From positions 20,257,432-20,321,431 of the forward strand of contig NC_092679.1 in the NCBI RefSeq assembly GCF_964355755.1: a stretch of 64,000 bases of DNA, read 5' to 3'. This DNA is from Antedon mediterranea. Taxonomy: Eukaryota; Animalia; Echinodermata. The stretch's first letter is position 1; every line of letters begins with the position of its first letter. Shown one piece after another: positions 36,701 to 51,200 of the stretch. The position numbers and the translations under genes are program-made. Under the pieces are notes generated by a model. The model worked only from the letters and a program-made list of their open reading frames with translations, did no database searches and had not been told where the DNA came from.

Positions 36701-39130
36701 AACAAGCTTTCAGAAATAGAAAAAGAAAATTGTGAAGGTTACGTCACTATTGATGAATGTAAAAAGGCCATTTCAATGATGGAAAAAAATAAAACACCTG
36801 GATCGGATGGTCTAAGTGTTGAATTTTATGTGTTCTTTTGGAATAATATTAAACATTTAATTTGCGATGCGTTAAATGAAAGTTATAATTCTCAGAATTA
36901 TCCTTTTCGCAAAAACGAGGTGTAATCACCCTTTTGTTCAAGGATGGAGAAAGAGAAAATTTGAATAATTGGCGTCCCATTACCCTCTTAAACACCGATT
37001 ACAAAATTCTTGCACATGTATTAAGTAACAGACTTAAAATGGTTATTAAATCAATAGTAAGTTCAGACCAAAAAGGTTATATAAAAGGCCGTTTCGCTGG
37101 TGAAAACATTCGGTTAATAGAAGACCTGCTTTATTATACAGAGTGTAATGATATCGAAGGGGCAATAATTACCGTAGATTTTAAGAAGGCTTTTGACTCT
37201 ATTAGTAGAGATTTTATGTTCAATGTTCTAGAAAAGTTTAACTTTGGAATGTTCTTTTGTAACTGGGTAAAAGTATTATACAATAACGTTGAATGTGTCA
37301 CAGTTAACAATGGTTGGGTTTCAAACAATTTTAAAATGAAAAGAGGTATTAGACAAGGTTGTCCTCTATCTGCTCTGTTATTCATTTTAGTGGTTGAAGT
37401 AATGGCATCTAGAATAAGAAACAAAGATGACTATAAGGGTATTAAACTTCCAAATAATGAAAATAACATAGAAGCTAGAATAAGCCAATTAGCCGATGAT
37501 ACTGTTTTGTATGTTGGTAATGACAAAAGTATTAAGTCAGCAGTCAGTGTAATTGAACGTTTTTGTGAAGTATCTGGAATGACACTAAATAAAAAAAACC
37601 CCAATGCTTTTTGGATTGGTAAATGGAAGAACAGAATAGATAGACCTTTAGAATTAAATTGGGTAAAACACCCGATCAAAATTTTAGGCATATATGTAGG
37701 GTATAATACAGAAGAATGTACCAGAAAAAACTGGGATGTTAAATTAATAGAGCTAGAAAAGACTTTAAAACAATGGAATGCTAGAAATCTCTCAATTTTT
37801 GGTAGAATAATAATCCTGAAAAGTCTTGCACTATCTAAATTAACATATGCTGCAAATATCACTGATGTTCCAAAATATGTATATACACAAGTTACAAATC
37901 TAATATATAATTTTATTTGGAACAATAAAAGGGAAAAGATAAAAAGAAAAACTCTAATTGGTGATGTTGAGATGGGAGGCATTAAAATGCCTGATTTTAC
38001 TCTTCATGTTAACGCACTCATGTGTGGCTGGTTAAAAAGAATTATGAATGATGAGGGTGCTAAATGGAAAAATATTCCAATGTATTATATTTAAAAAATA
38101 TGTGATGTTAATGTTTTACTTAATATGTCATGTTATAACATTATTGATGTTAATTCTGATAAAATTCCACTGTTTTACAAAAATATGATAAAAGCCTACA
38201 TAAATTATAACAGAATCTCTAAAAAAAAACCTGAAACTTATAACGATATAATGAATGAGCAACTGTGGGGAAACCACTACGTTAAACTAAAAAAAAAACG
38301 CTTTTCTACAAGCATTGGATTGACAGTGGCATTATCAGTATTAAAGACATTGTTAATAAGAACACTTTTTTAACATCGAACGAAATACTGGTGAAACTAC
38401 AATGTAAAACAAACTGGTTAAATGAGTATTTGTGCATTATTAAGGCAATACCAATTCAATGGAAACGTATTATTAAGGAGGTAGATATTTTCAATTGTGA
38501 TGATAATGATGAAGTAGTTGGGACTAAGTATGAGATTAATACTACCAAACTAATATACTCATGGTTTGTGAAAGAATATTTCATTATTCCAATGTCACAA
38601 CTAAAATGGGAAGAGTACTTCAATGATAACAACATTGATTGGAAAACTTCTTGGTTACGGAAAGTATGTAAAATGAAAGATAAGAAACTAGCACAATTCA
38701 ATTATAAGATGTTACATAGAATACTGCCTACCAACAAACGGCTGTATCAGTGGAAAGTTAAGGAAACACAAACGTGTGACAAATGTGGAGAAATTGAAAA
38801 TGAAAATCATTTGTTTTTTAGTTGTAGATTTATCAGAAATATTGGAGGAAAATGCTTAGTATCTTTGTAAGTTTAAATCACAATAATATATCATTTAAAC
38901 AATTAATACTAGGAACGGGAGATAAGCTAATAGATTATATTTATACTTTTGCAGCATTTACTATTTATAGAATAAAAATGTTATCTGCACTAAATAAGCC
39001 AGTGGGTAAATCTTTATGGAATTCATTTAAAAGCAATATGTTATATAACATTGAATGTGAAACATATAACAATAAAGAAACAAGTATAGAAAAATGGGTA
39101 GCTTTAAGAAATAAGATTATGATAATATAA
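33771..39130 (+). pseudogene. Tx1 ORF2 (APE-RT), disrupted by an insertion and frameshifts
   Basis: Fragments 33771-34758, 36360-36925, 36934-38094, 38125-38373, 38391-38870, 38852-39130. Confidence 0.9.
34759..36359 (-). mobile_element. Helentron-associated non-autonomous element (HINE/DINE-1-like) inserted in Tx1 ORF2
   Basis: Absent from copy 2, where aatgaaacaatt is intact. Inserted in an A/T run with no clear TSD. Subterminal IR GGTTATCCGC/GCGGATAACC, hairpin AACTCGTCA-CTT-TGACGAGTT and terminal CTAG. Confidence 0.75.
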
Positions 39131-41044
39131 ATTCTAACTTGATACGATTAACCGAAAAGGAATTACAGTGATACGGGTTACTGGTGGTACTGAGCTATTA
39201 TTGTTTTTTTTTATCATGTATATAAATATATTGTATAATCCGGGTTGTAAAATGAAAACAAACAAATGAAAATGTGTGAACTATTTTAAAACGGGATAGA
39301 CGATAATGATGATCCTGTCAAGTGTATAACAAAATATAAGAAAATTAATGAAAAAAGGAGTAATACAGAATTCATATATGTAAAAATGTTACTTATGAAC
39401 TGTAACGACATTTACAAGTTAAATAATACGATTTTATGTAATATGAGATAATATGAATGTGAATAAAAGTGGTGTTTGCGCCACAAAAGAGAAAAAAAAA
39501 ACTATAGCTATAATGTTGGCTAAGCGAAAATGGCATGTTTTTTTGTTTAGTAATGGATGAAAAATTTATTTTAGGTGCCCCACGGTACAGAAGGTTACTT
39601 GTAAATTAAAAAATTGGTGAACAAACGAACAATTAACATAATTCGTTTTTGCTGTAGTGTAGCGTACGTCGACGCAGTACACGACGTAACCGTCGGTAAA
39701 CTAACTTCGCCTGGAAAATAACACATTACACATTTTGGTCCCTGGATGAAACTTGATATCACGCGTCTCGACCCAACGTTGAACGATTCGTACAAAAGGG
39801 ATACCGCCAGACGTAAGGGATACCGTAAGACGCTGTCTGAGTTGGCCTTCCCTTGTTTAGGCGCCGTATTCGATAGTGTCTGTATTTCCAGACACGTCTT
39901 TACCGCCGGTTAAGTTGTCTGTATTTCTCCAGCAAACACTTTAATACCGCGTACCCTGTACATGAAGCGCTAAGCTATTGCTTGTCGTCACATGATCGAC
40001 TGCGCATGTTTTACATCGAGTTTGTAGTCAGTTCAGATTCCGTAATTTAATTACCGGTATTTTTTCATTTTATATTAGCATATTTTTGTTTGTATACCAT
40101 TGATAATGTAAATTTTGTATATATATAATGATATTGTCTTTAGTTAAACAAGACAAGAAAAAATACCAACCGAGGAAATAGTGGACCTTTTGGGACTTGG
40201 GGGGGGGGGGGAGTGCGTCTGCACCCAACGCACCCCTCCCCCCCCCCCCGGGATACGGGCCTGCTAGGAGAAGGAATAAGGAGGACACATCCACACCTAT
40301 TTTAGTGCGGTTTCCATAATACACTTTCTTGTGACGCAAATATGGTTGATTGCTGTACTGTGTTTTCATTGAGTGTTGACAAAGTGCGAGGCAGCGAGGC
40401 ACGCGAGGCAAGCGAGGCATGCCAAATATTTGTGCGAGGCATCATTTTATCATTTCCAAAAGTGCGAGGCATGCGAGGCATATAGTTTACAATTTCAAAA
40501 AGGTGCGAGGCATATCTTAACGTGCTATTATGCTATATTATAGGCCTAATAATCAATCGATACAAGCGTATCTAAATAGATTCGTGTATACACTCATCAT
40601 GTTGTTTATTTTTATGTAACGATTGTTTTTTCATTTAAGTCATATCGTGTCAAATTTTACTTTTACAAAAGTGCCCAAACTACGGTTCAAAAATCTGAAC
40701 GACAGTCTTCAACTTTCGATAAACAATAATTGTTATAGCGACACACTCATCAAATGACTGCAATGTTTGTTGGCATTTCGAGCGTGTTCACTCACATGTC
40801 TCTCGAACATAGCAGAGTGAAAATAATATTTTGTCACACCCCTGCGCCTAGATCCGGTAGACCCGAGAGATGGAAAATCCCTCTTTACTATTTAGCAGGT
40901 AGCGGAATGATTCAGCCCTCAGCTCAGAGGATTGTGGTGCATTCCCCTCCTATAGCACGTGGTTTCAGCAGCAACGCACAGACTTCTCTCTGAGCGGCGT
41001 GCCAAAGACATTTTTGACATTCCATTGTCTCTCTTTTACAAGAA

Positions 41045-42689
41045 ATGGATACAGCAAATGCTGAATTACTTATTAGAAATAATGATCTTGGATACCACAT
41101 TCCACAAGGTATGACTCCAAATGTTCCTCCATTATTTGGATGGGACAACAATGACTACAACAACTACGGCCATTTCTCGGGAACACGTCAAGTACATGAT
41201 ACAACAGGATACATTGCTCAGCCGGGACTACCAATTGCTAGCCATGAACTTCCAGAACAAACTAGTTTAAGTCACTCAAGAACAAGGCGTAGATCTATCA
41301 GGCCATTTGTTGATCAAATCAATAGCTGTATTATAAATAAAAAGACAAATCCATCTCGCTTTCCCAATGCTGTTAAACAGCTCACAACAATCAGTTTGGG
41401 TATTAAAGATACTGCAGATAAAACTGATATGGCTTGGAAGCTTACACGAATGGAGTTTTCTTTAAATAACAACATCGACCCATCACGCCAAAGTGTTCCT
41501 GGATGGAAAGGCTTCAATGCAAACATGCGTAGAGATACAGCTGAGATGGTACCCCATAAAATAGGTTACTGCCAAACCATCCATAAAGCTCCTGATTACA
41601 ATGTGATATACACCTTCCTCAAAAGATCAGTCGAGATGACAGACCAAATTATGGACATTCATCATGGAAAGGGTACATGCTCCGTTCCAGTTGTTGTAGA
41701 TATGGGAATTTGGACAAAAGCTTTTCAAGTTATCCTTAGCAAAGTTAATCAGGATCCTCAAATGGGCCGAATAGTATTGCATCAAGGTCCATTTCACACA
41801 GCAATGCGCTTCCTTGCATGTCCCGGATTTTTATTTGGAAGTGCTGGGTTACGTGACATTCTGATAGAGGCTCGCATTCTAACAGAGGGCTCAGTTGATA
41901 GGGTGTTGGAAGGAAAACAATGGGAACGAGGTTTCTATGCTCATTCACTAACAGCCGAAGCATTTAGTCGTCTTCGATTTATGGCATTTATTGACCAAGT
42001 AGAAGACAGAAGCTATATTGATCAAATGAAACCAGAGATTGAAAGTCTTCGTGAGAGCATGTCTTCTGATGCATTACAGAAGCTAATCGAATCAACCAAC
42101 TATCAACAAATGATGTCAATGTATGTTAACTACATTAAATCCCTTGGTGAAAATGGCAAGTTTTGGTCAATGTATATTGACCTAATTGACATACTATTGC
42201 GACATGTCAGAGCATCTCGTACAGGTGATTGGCAGCTAAGCCTCAATACCGAGTTAGAAATGTTACCTTGGTTCTTTGCTTGTGGAAGAACTGTCTATGC
42301 AAGACACAAACCAATTTACCTATTAACGATGCTAAATCTTGCAGACACGCATAAAGATGCTGAGGTAAATCTTCTAAACGGAATGCTTTTCACTGTTCAA
42401 AAAAGCACAAACAATCCATTTGGCAGAGTTCCTTCATGGCCATGGGTGGATTGTAGCAGGTTCCAGCATTGACATTGATTGGATGGATATACAACCAGCT
42501 CCATCAGTTGTCCTATCAATGACTTGCTGTGGATGTAAAGGTGAATGTACAACCAATAGGTGTCGGTGTTATAAAAGCAATTTACACTGCACTGGAATAT
42601 GTACCTGTTCTGAACTATGCATGAACATGCCCAAACTAGTCACAGAAAACGATGATGATGTTGAAACTGACGAAGATATTGGAAGATAG
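41045..42689 (+). pseudogene. Academ-like transposase remnant joined out of frame to a C-terminal CXC/Cys8 finger
   Basis: Motifs WDNND, PGWKGFN, VVVDMGIW, GPFH, GSAGLRDIL, YAH; jumps after NPFGRVP to HGW...CGCKGECTTNRCRCYKSNLHCTGICTC. Confidence 0.65.
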
Positions 42690-42749
42690 TGATATGGATT
42701 GAGATGGTATGATCTGTAAACATTCATTTGTGTATATGAATGATTTTCC

Positions 42750-43197
42750 AGATACAAATGTACTAAACACCTGTGTATATGAATGTGAATCAACGATGTT
42801 CCAGGTATAAATGTACTAAACACTTGTGTATATGAATGTGAATCAACGATGTTCCAGGTATAAATGTACTAAACACTTGTGTATATGAATGTGAATCAAC
42901 GATGTTCCAGGTATAAATGTACTAAACACTTGTGTATATGAATGTGTGAATCAACGATGTTCCAGGTATAAATGTACTAAACACTTGTGTATATGAATGT
43001 GAATCAACGATGTTCCTGATATAAATGTACTAAACACTTGTGTATATGAATGTGAATCAACGATGTTCCAGGTATAAATGTACTAAACACTTGTGTATAT
43101 GAATGTGAATCAACGATGTTCCAGGTATAAATGTACTAAACACTTGTGTATATGAATGTGAATCAACGATGTCCCAGGTATAAATGTACTAAACACC
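42750..43197. repeat. 53-bp tandem array (~8 units), continuing at 52824-53085
   Basis: Unit cacttgtgtatatgaatgtgaatcaacgatgttccaggtataaatgtactaaa. Confidence 0.95.
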
Positions 43198-44202
43198 CAG
43201 GGGTGGCGCCAGGATCTTCCCGACGCGGGGGCTACATTCCCCCCGACGAGGGGGCTATGCGAGCGAAGCGAGCATCACTAGGCTGGGGGCCAGGGGGCCG
43301 CCAAGGGCTCCCGGTGGGGGTCCAGGGGGCGAATCCCCCGGAAGCAACGCGTTCTAGCGTCATTTGAGGTCATTTTAATCAGATTTAGGGTAGCCATTTT
43401 TTCCATTTTTTATAATGCATAAATAAAATACTGCGTGCAAAAAAACGATGCGCGATGACTGTTTCAATCCATATTTTTCAATTTAAAAAATAAAATTTCA
43501 GAGAAAATTTAGAAAAATAGAGTTGGAGGTCCCGGAAATTGGACTTATTATACTTCAAAACATGAAACAAAATATATAAGTCCCTATCATGGTTGTGACT
43601 GAGCTAAGAAATGTTTGAAAAATAGAGATGTTAGGTCCCGGAAAATGCACTTCTTGTACTTCGAAATATGACCAGCTTTATTGTTGGGGCTGAGCTAAGA
43701 AACTGTTTAAAACTAGAGCTGCAGGTCTTCAAAAAATTGCATTTTATACTTTGGAAACATCAGGCCTAGAGGCTTAAAAAACGCAAGCGTAGACCTTTTT
43801 CAGTCGGGGAAATAAGTTTATTCCTCCCAAGTGTATGCGTGCGTACCATCTGGACTTCCGAGTGGTGAGAAATTCATGACATACAGGACATTGAAAATGT
43901 AATAACTTAGCTATAATAAGATGTTGGCTAAGCGAAAATGGCATGTTTTTTTGTTTAGTAATGGATGAAAAATTTATTTTAGGTGCCCCACGGTACAGAG
44001 AAGGTTACTTGTAAATTAAAAAATTGGTGAACATACGGACAATTAACATAATTCGTTTTTGCTGCTGTAGTGTAGCGTACGTCGACGCAGTAGACGACGT
44101 AACCGTCAGTAAACTTCGCCTGGAAAATAACTACAGTACACATTTTGGTCCCTGGATGGAACATGATATCACGCGTCTCGACCCAACGTTGAACGATTCG
44201 TA

Positions 44203-47200
44203 CAGGGGTGGCGCCAGGATCTTCCCGACGCGGGGGCTACATTCCCCGACGAGGGGGCTATGCGAGCATCACAAGGCTGGGGGCCAGGGGGCCGCCAAGG
44301 GGGCCCCGGTGGGGGTCCAGGGGGGCGAAGCCCCCGGAAGCAACGCGTTCTAGCGTCATTTGAGGTCATTTTAATCAGATTTAGGGTAGCCATTTTTTTC
44401 CATTTTTTATAATGCATAAATAAAATACTGCGTGCAAAAAAACGGTGCGCGATGACTGTTTCAATCCATATTTTTCAATTTAAAAAATAAAAGTTCAAAG
44501 AAAATTTAGAAAAATAGAGTTGGAGGTCCTGGAAATTGGACTTATTATACTTCAAAACATGAAACAAAATATATAAGTCCCTATCATGGTTGTGACTGAG
44601 CTAAGAACTGTTTGAAAAATAGAGATGTTAGGTCCCGGAAAATGCACTTCTTGTACTTCGAAATATGACCAGCTTTATTGTTGGGGCTGAGCTAAGAAAA
44701 TGTTTAAAACTAGAGCTGCAGGTCTTCAAAAAATTGCATTTTATGCTTTGGAAACATCAGGCCCAGAGGCTTAAAAAACGCAAGCGTAGACCTTTTCAGT
44801 CGGGGAAATAAGTTTATTCCTCCCAAGTGTATGCCTGCGTACCATCTGGACTTCCGAGTGGTGAGAAATTCATGACATACAGGACATTGAAAATTTAATA
44901 ACTTAGCTATAATAAGATGTTGGCTAAGCGAAAATGGCATGTTTTTTTGTTTAGTAATGGATGAAATATTTATTTTAGGTGCCCCACGGTACAGAAGGTT
45001 ACTTGTAAATTAAAAAATTGGTGAACATCTATATATAAATTTACGTAAGGGCAAAATTCGGTAAATCGCGCCTTACTTCTAGAATTTTTACTCGATGGTA
45101 TATAAAGTTGGTTCGTACTTTCGGTACTGATTTTAACCACTTGATGTAACCCTGTTTACTAATTAAATTAAGTTAGATAATTAGTTATTGACGATTAAAA
45201 CGAATTTAGGTTCAACGATTTGCCCCAAATAGGGGTGTTTTCCGATCGTGGTATACACTGTCTAATGGATGTCCATCTTGAAAAATACCCGCCACAAAAA
45301 TGCGAGGAGGCTTCGTACTTTACTATCTCCTCCTACGATAATTGTTTTTAATAGCTGAAAACCGGTTGAACAGTTCGAGTACAGCATCATAATGTTGAAG
45401 ACAGGCCGATTTTCTTTAAAAAATACTATTTTGATACATTTAATATACGTTTTTACAAATGTATTGATTTGTGATGAATGGAACATTCCAAATTATTTGG
45501 TTTAACCATACAGGTATAGATTTAGATTTATGGGCCCCCTTGGAGAATAAACATAAATAGTATTGCAATGCTGTACAATACTGTTAAGGTATTAACCACT
45601 TTTGATCGCAATTTGAATCGCAAATTTCTTACTGTGAGTGTTGGTACTGTTAGATGTAATATAAAAATATATACAAATAAACTTTATTACTGTGAGTGTG
45701 GGTAGGCCCTACTGTTAGATTATAAACATATAATATACAAATAAACATTCCAAATTATTTGGTTTAACCATAGAGGTATAGATTTAGATTTATGGGCCCC
45801 CTTGGAAAATAAACATAAATAGTATTGCAATGCTGTACAATACTGTTAAGGTATTAACCACTTTTGATCGCAATTTGAATCGCAAATTTCTTACTGTGAG
45901 TGTTGGTACTGTTAGATGTAATATAAAAATATATACAACCTCTTTTGATCGCAATTTGAATCGCAAATTTCTTACTGTGAGTGTTGGTACTGTTAGATGT
46001 AATATAAAAATATATACAAATAAACTTTATTACTGTGAGTGTGGGTAGGCCCTACTGTTAGATTATAAACATATAATATACAAATAAATAAATGTTATTA
46101 CTGACAGTTGCTTCTCAACGTTTGTATTAATTAATAATTTAAAAATATATAAACGTCGTAGTGGTGTATCGTTACATGTAATTTACTATTTCAATCGACT
46201 ATGACAGTGAGAGTTTTAACAAAGTACCGTATTAAATCGTAAATGTTTTACTGTATTTAGTGGTATATTATTTATAGGCCTATAAAACATTAAAAACAAT
46301 ATTTCGTGGAGTGGATAAGAATATATTTTAAAATGTTTCCTCTTTGTACCTATCTTCTTCCCCCATCCCTCAACCCTTAATGTTACATACAAAACACAAA
46401 TTGGGTTTGTTTAAATGAGTCCAAATAAAAAAATTTGACTCATTTTGTTTCTTTCTCGGAAGTAATTCTCAGGGTGCTAATTTTGGTTGACTACATAAAT
46501 CATTGTGTATATTTATTCGTTTCTGTAAACGACAATGTATTATAGTCCTGCGGTACGTACATTTGAAATCTCCATTTTTTTCTCGCTGGAAATACTGTGT
46601 ATTCGAGAACCATCTGTGGGCACGACCTAGATGGTACGCGAGCGAAGCGAGCGTGCCATCTAGTACGAACAATTAACATAATTCGTTTTTGCTGTAGTGT
46701 AGCGTACGTCGACACAGTACACGACGTAACCGTCGGTAAACTTCGCCTGGAAAATAACTACAGTACACATTTTGGTCCCTGGATGGAACATGATATCACG
46801 ACCCAACGTTGAACGATTCGTACAAAGGGATACCGCCAGACAAGTGCGTACCTATAGCTATTGTTTAGTAGTAAGTTAGATTGCTGGCAATAATGAATGC
46901 ATATAAAGTGCATAATATCACTCTGACGTACTCTCACGGTCAATGAAACGTCGAGGTTTTCTAGGCGCTGAAGCTACGAAGTGAACGCGAACGAATTATA
47001 TTCCCCGACAAAAAGTATCCGAACCGTCGGTAAACTTCGCCTGGAAAATAACTACATTACACATTTTGGTCCCTGGATGGAACTTGATATCACCCGTCTC
47101 GACCCAACGTTGAACGATTCGTACAAAGGGATACCGCCAGACAAGTGCGTACCTAGCTAATGTTTAGTAGTAAGTTAGATCGCTGGCAATAATGAATGCA

Positions 47201-47734
47201 TATAAATTGCATAATAGCACTCTGACGTACTCTCACGGTCAATGAGACGTCGCGGTTTTCTAGGCGCTGAAGCTACCAAGTGAACGCGAACGTTTTTTAC
47301 TGTATATTATATTCCCCGACAAAAAGTACCCGTGTTCCCTTCGGTAACCGTCGGTAAACTTCGCCTGGAAAATAACTACATTACACATTATTGGTCCCTG
47401 GATGGAACATGATATCACGCGTCTCGACCCAACGGTGAACGATTCGTACAAAGGGATACCGCCAAACAAGTGCGTACTAGCTATTGTTTAGTAGTTAGAT
47501 CTCTGGCAATAATGAATGCATAAAAGTGCATAATAGCCCTCTGACGTACCGTACTCTCACGGTCAATGGAACGTCGTGGTTTTCTAGGCGCTGAAGCTAT
47601 ATGAAGTGAACGCGAACGTTTTTTACTGTATATATATTCCCCGACAAAAAGTACCCGTGTTCCCCGACGGGGGGGCTAGGCTCCCCGACGAGGGGGCTAG
47701 AGCCCCCATAGCCCCCCCGCTGGCGCCACCACTG
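44203..47734 (+). mobile_element. Non-autonomous hAT family copy 3, inserted into copy 2
   Basis: Same TIRs; 8-bp TSD GATTCGTA (44195-44202, 47735-47742); internal ~300-bp tandem units. Confidence 0.92.
45028..46663 (+). mobile_element. Non-autonomous Helitron
   Basis: 5'-TC start, CTAG-3' end, subterminal hairpin GATGGTACGC...GCGTGCCATC. Inserted between A and T with no TSD (empty site gaaca|tacg in copy 2). Internal tandem duplication at ~45484-46085. Confidence 0.88.
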
Positions 47735-48226
47735 GATTCGTACAAAGGGATACCGAGAGACAAGTGCGAACCTAGCTATTGTTTAGTAGTAAGTTAGATC
47801 GCTGGCAATAATGAATGCATATAAAGTGCATAATATCACTCTGACGTACTCTCACGGTCAATGAAACGTCGCGGTTTTCTAGGCGCTGAAGCTAGCTACG
47901 AAGTGAACGCGAACGCTTTTTACTGTATATTATATTCCCCGACAAAAAGTACCCGTGTTCCCTTCGGTAACCGCCGGTAAACTTCGCCTGGAAAATAACT
48001 ACATTACACATTTTGGTCCCTGGATGGAACTTGATATCACGCGTAAGCGTGTCGACCCAACGTTGAACGATTCGTACAAAGGGATACCGCCAGACAAGTG
48101 CGTACCTAGCTAATGTTTAGTAGTAAGTTAGATCGCTGGCAATAAATGAATGCATAAAAGTGCATAATAGCCCTCTGACGTACTCTCACGGTCAATGGAA
48201 CGTCGTGGTTTTCTAGGCGCTGAAGC

Positions 48227-51200
48227 TTTTTTTTTTTCTCTTTTGTGGCGCAAACACCACTTTTATTCACATTCATATTATCTCATATTACATAAAATCA
48301 TATTATTTAACTTGTAATTGTCGTTACAGTTCATAAGTAACATTTTTACATATATGAATTCTGTATTACTCCTTTTTTCATTAATTTTCTTATATTTTGT
48401 TATACACTTGACAGGATTCATTATCATCTATCCCGTTTTAAAATAGTTCACACATTTTCATTTGATTGTTTTCATTTTACAACCCGGATTATACAATATA
48501 TTTATATACATGATAAAAAAAAACAATAATAGCTCAGTACCACCAGTAACCCGTATCACTGTAATTCCTTTTCGGTTAATCGTATCAAATTAGAAACTAT
48601 ATTATCATAATCTTATTTCTTAAAGCTACCCATTTTTCTATACTTGTTTCTTTATTGTTATATGTTTCACATTCAATGTTATATAACATATTGCTTTTAA
48701 ATGAATTCCATAAAGATTTACCCACTGGCTTATTTAGTGCAGATAACATTTTTATTCTATAAATAGTAAATGCTGCAAAAGTGTAAATATAATCTATTAG
48801 CTTATCTCCCGTTCCTAGTATTAATTGTTTAAATGATATATTATTGTGATTTAAACTTACAAAGATACTAAGCATTTTCCTCCAATATTTCTGAATGAAT
48901 CTACAACTAAAAAACAAATGATTTTCATTTTCAATTTCTCCACATTTGTCACACGTTTGTGTTTCCTTAACTTTCCACTGATACAGCCGTTTGTTGGTAG
49001 GCAGTATTCTATGTAACATCTTATAATTGAATTGTGCTAGTTTCTTATCTTTCATTTTACATACTTTCCGTAACCAAGAAGTTTTCCAATCAATGTTGTT
49101 ATCATTGAAGTAGGCTACTCTTCCCATTTTAGTTGTGACATTGGAATAATGAAATATTGTTTCACAAACCATGAGTATATTAGTTTGGTAGTATTAATCT
49201 CATACTTAGTCCCAACTAATTCATCATTATCATCACAATTGAAAATATCTACCTCCTTAATAATACGTTTCCATTGAATTGGTATTGCCTTAATAATGCA
49301 CAAATACTCATTTAACCAGTTTGTTTTACATTGTAGTTTTACCAGTATTTCGTTTGATGTTAAAAAAGTGTTCTTATTAACAATGTCTTTAATACTGATA
49401 ATGCCACTGTCAATCCAATGCTTGTAGAAAAGCGTTTTTTTTTTTAGTTTAACGTAGTGGTTTCCCCACAGTTGCTCATTCATTATATCGTTATAAGTTT
49501 CAGGTTTTTTTTTAGAGATTCTGTTATAATTTATGTAGGCTTTTATCATATTTTTGTAAAACAGTGGAATTTTATCAGAATTAACATCAATAATGTTATA
49601 ACATGACATATTAAGTAAAACATTAACATCACATATTTTTTTAATATAATACATTGGAATATTTTTCCATTTAGCACCATCATCATTCATAATTCTTTTT
49701 AACCAGCCACACATGAGTGCGTTAACATGAAGAGTAAAATCAGGCATTTTAATGCCTCCCATCTCAACATCACCAATTAGAGTTTTTCTTTTTATCTTTT
49801 CCCTTTTATTGTTCCAAATAAAATTATATATTAGATTTGTAACTTGTGTATATACATATTTTGGAACATCAGTGATATTTGCAGTATATGTTAATTTAGA
49901 TAGTGCAAGACTTTTCAGGATTATTATTCTACCAAAAATTGAGAGATTTCTAGCATTCCATTGTTTTAAAGTCTTTTCTAGCTCTATTAATTTAACATCC
50001 CAGTTTTTTCTGGTACATTCTTCTGTATTATACCCTACATATATGCCTAAAATTTTGATCGGGTGTTTTACCCAATTTAATTCTAAAGGTCTATCTATTC
50101 TGTTCTTCCATTTACCAATCCAAAAAGCATTGGTTTTTTTTTATTTAGTGTCATTCCAGATACTTCACAAAAACGTTCAATTACACTGACTGCTGACTTA
50201 ATACTTTTGTCATTACCAACATACAAAACAGTATCATCGGCTAATTGGCTTATTCTAGCTTCTATGTTATTTTCATTATTTGGAAGTTTAATACCCTTAT
50301 AGTCATCTTTGTTTCTTATTCTAGATGCCATTACTTCAACCACTAAAATGAATAACAGAGCAGATAGAGGACAACCTTGTCTAATACCTCTTTCCATTTT
50401 AAAATTGTTTGAAACCCAACCATTGTTAACTGTGACACATTCAACGTTATTGTATAATACTTTTACCCAGTTACAAAAGAACATTCCAAAGTTAAACTTT
50501 TCTAGAACATTGAACATAAAATCTCTACTAAGAGTCAAAAGCCTTCTTAAAATCTACGGTAATTATTGCCCCTTCGATATCATTACACTCTGTATAATAA
50601 AGCAGGTCTTCTATTAACCGAATGTTTTCACCAGCGAAACGGCCTTTTATATAACCTTTTTGGTCTGAACTTACTATTGATTTAATAACCATTTTAAGTC
50701 TGTTACTTAATACATGTGCAAGAATTTTGTAATCGGTGTTTAAGAGGGTAATGGGACGCCAATTATTCAAATTTTCTCTTTCTCCATCCTTGAACAAAAG
50801 GGTGATTACACCTCGTTTTTGCGAAAAGGATAATACTTGAGAATTATAACTTTCATTTAACGCATCGCAAATTAAATGTTTAATATTATTCCAAAAGAAC
50901 ACATAAAATTCAACACTTAGACCATCCGATCCAGGTGTTTTATTTTTTTCCATCATTGAAATGGCCTTTTTACATTCATCAATAGTGACGTAACCTTCAC
51001 AATTTTCTTTTTCTATTTCTGGAAGCTTGTTTATAATAGAATTACAAAGGTATTTATTAATTTTTCCAGGGTTTATAACATTTTTTGCGTATAAACCTTC
51101 GAAATGTTGTATTTGTTCCTTTAAAATATCAATTGGGCTCGTTGCTAAGCTCCCATCTTTAGTAATTAAACTTTTTATGTGTTTCTTTTTACTTTTGGAT

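Larger units (their letters stand above)
33014..39499 (+). mobile_element. Tx1/L1-clade non-LTR retrotransposon, 5'-truncated copy 1
   Basis: ORF1 end with CCHC knuckles (CFKCHLPGHTRDRC) and an acidic tail to 33705. ORF2 APE starts at 33771; RT motifs WRPITLLN, RQGCPLS, LADD. AATAAA and poly(A) at the end; ~16-17-bp TSD (a)actatagctataatgt. Confidence 0.92.
32295..39812 (+). mobile_element. Non-autonomous hAT family copy 1 (3' end lost), interrupted by Tx1
   Basis: Begins CAGGGGTGGCGCCAGG and is near-identical to the copies at 43198 and 44203; resumes after 39516 and breaks at ~39812. Confidence 0.8.
32096..40263. mobile_element. Outer non-autonomous hAT-like element with a 6-bp TSD, hosting nested insertions
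   Basis: Ends CAGGCCCGTAT / ATACGGGCCTG, with CTAGGA immediately on both sides (32090-32095, 40264-40269). Confidence 0.6.

Noticed and set aside
37134-37982. Antisense ORFs of 96 and 183 aa (and mirrors ~49752-50617)
   Set aside because: Shadow frames of the Tx1 reverse transcriptase.
32283-39847. 12-bp inverted match AGGCCAACTCAG / CTGAGTTGGCCT as another MITE
   Set aside because: Short, no TSD, and the interior was lost to insertion or deletion; cannot be supported.
40754-41020. GC-richer stretch resembling a structured RNA upstream of the transposase remnant
   Set aside because: No convincing tRNA/snRNA boxes or stems by eye.
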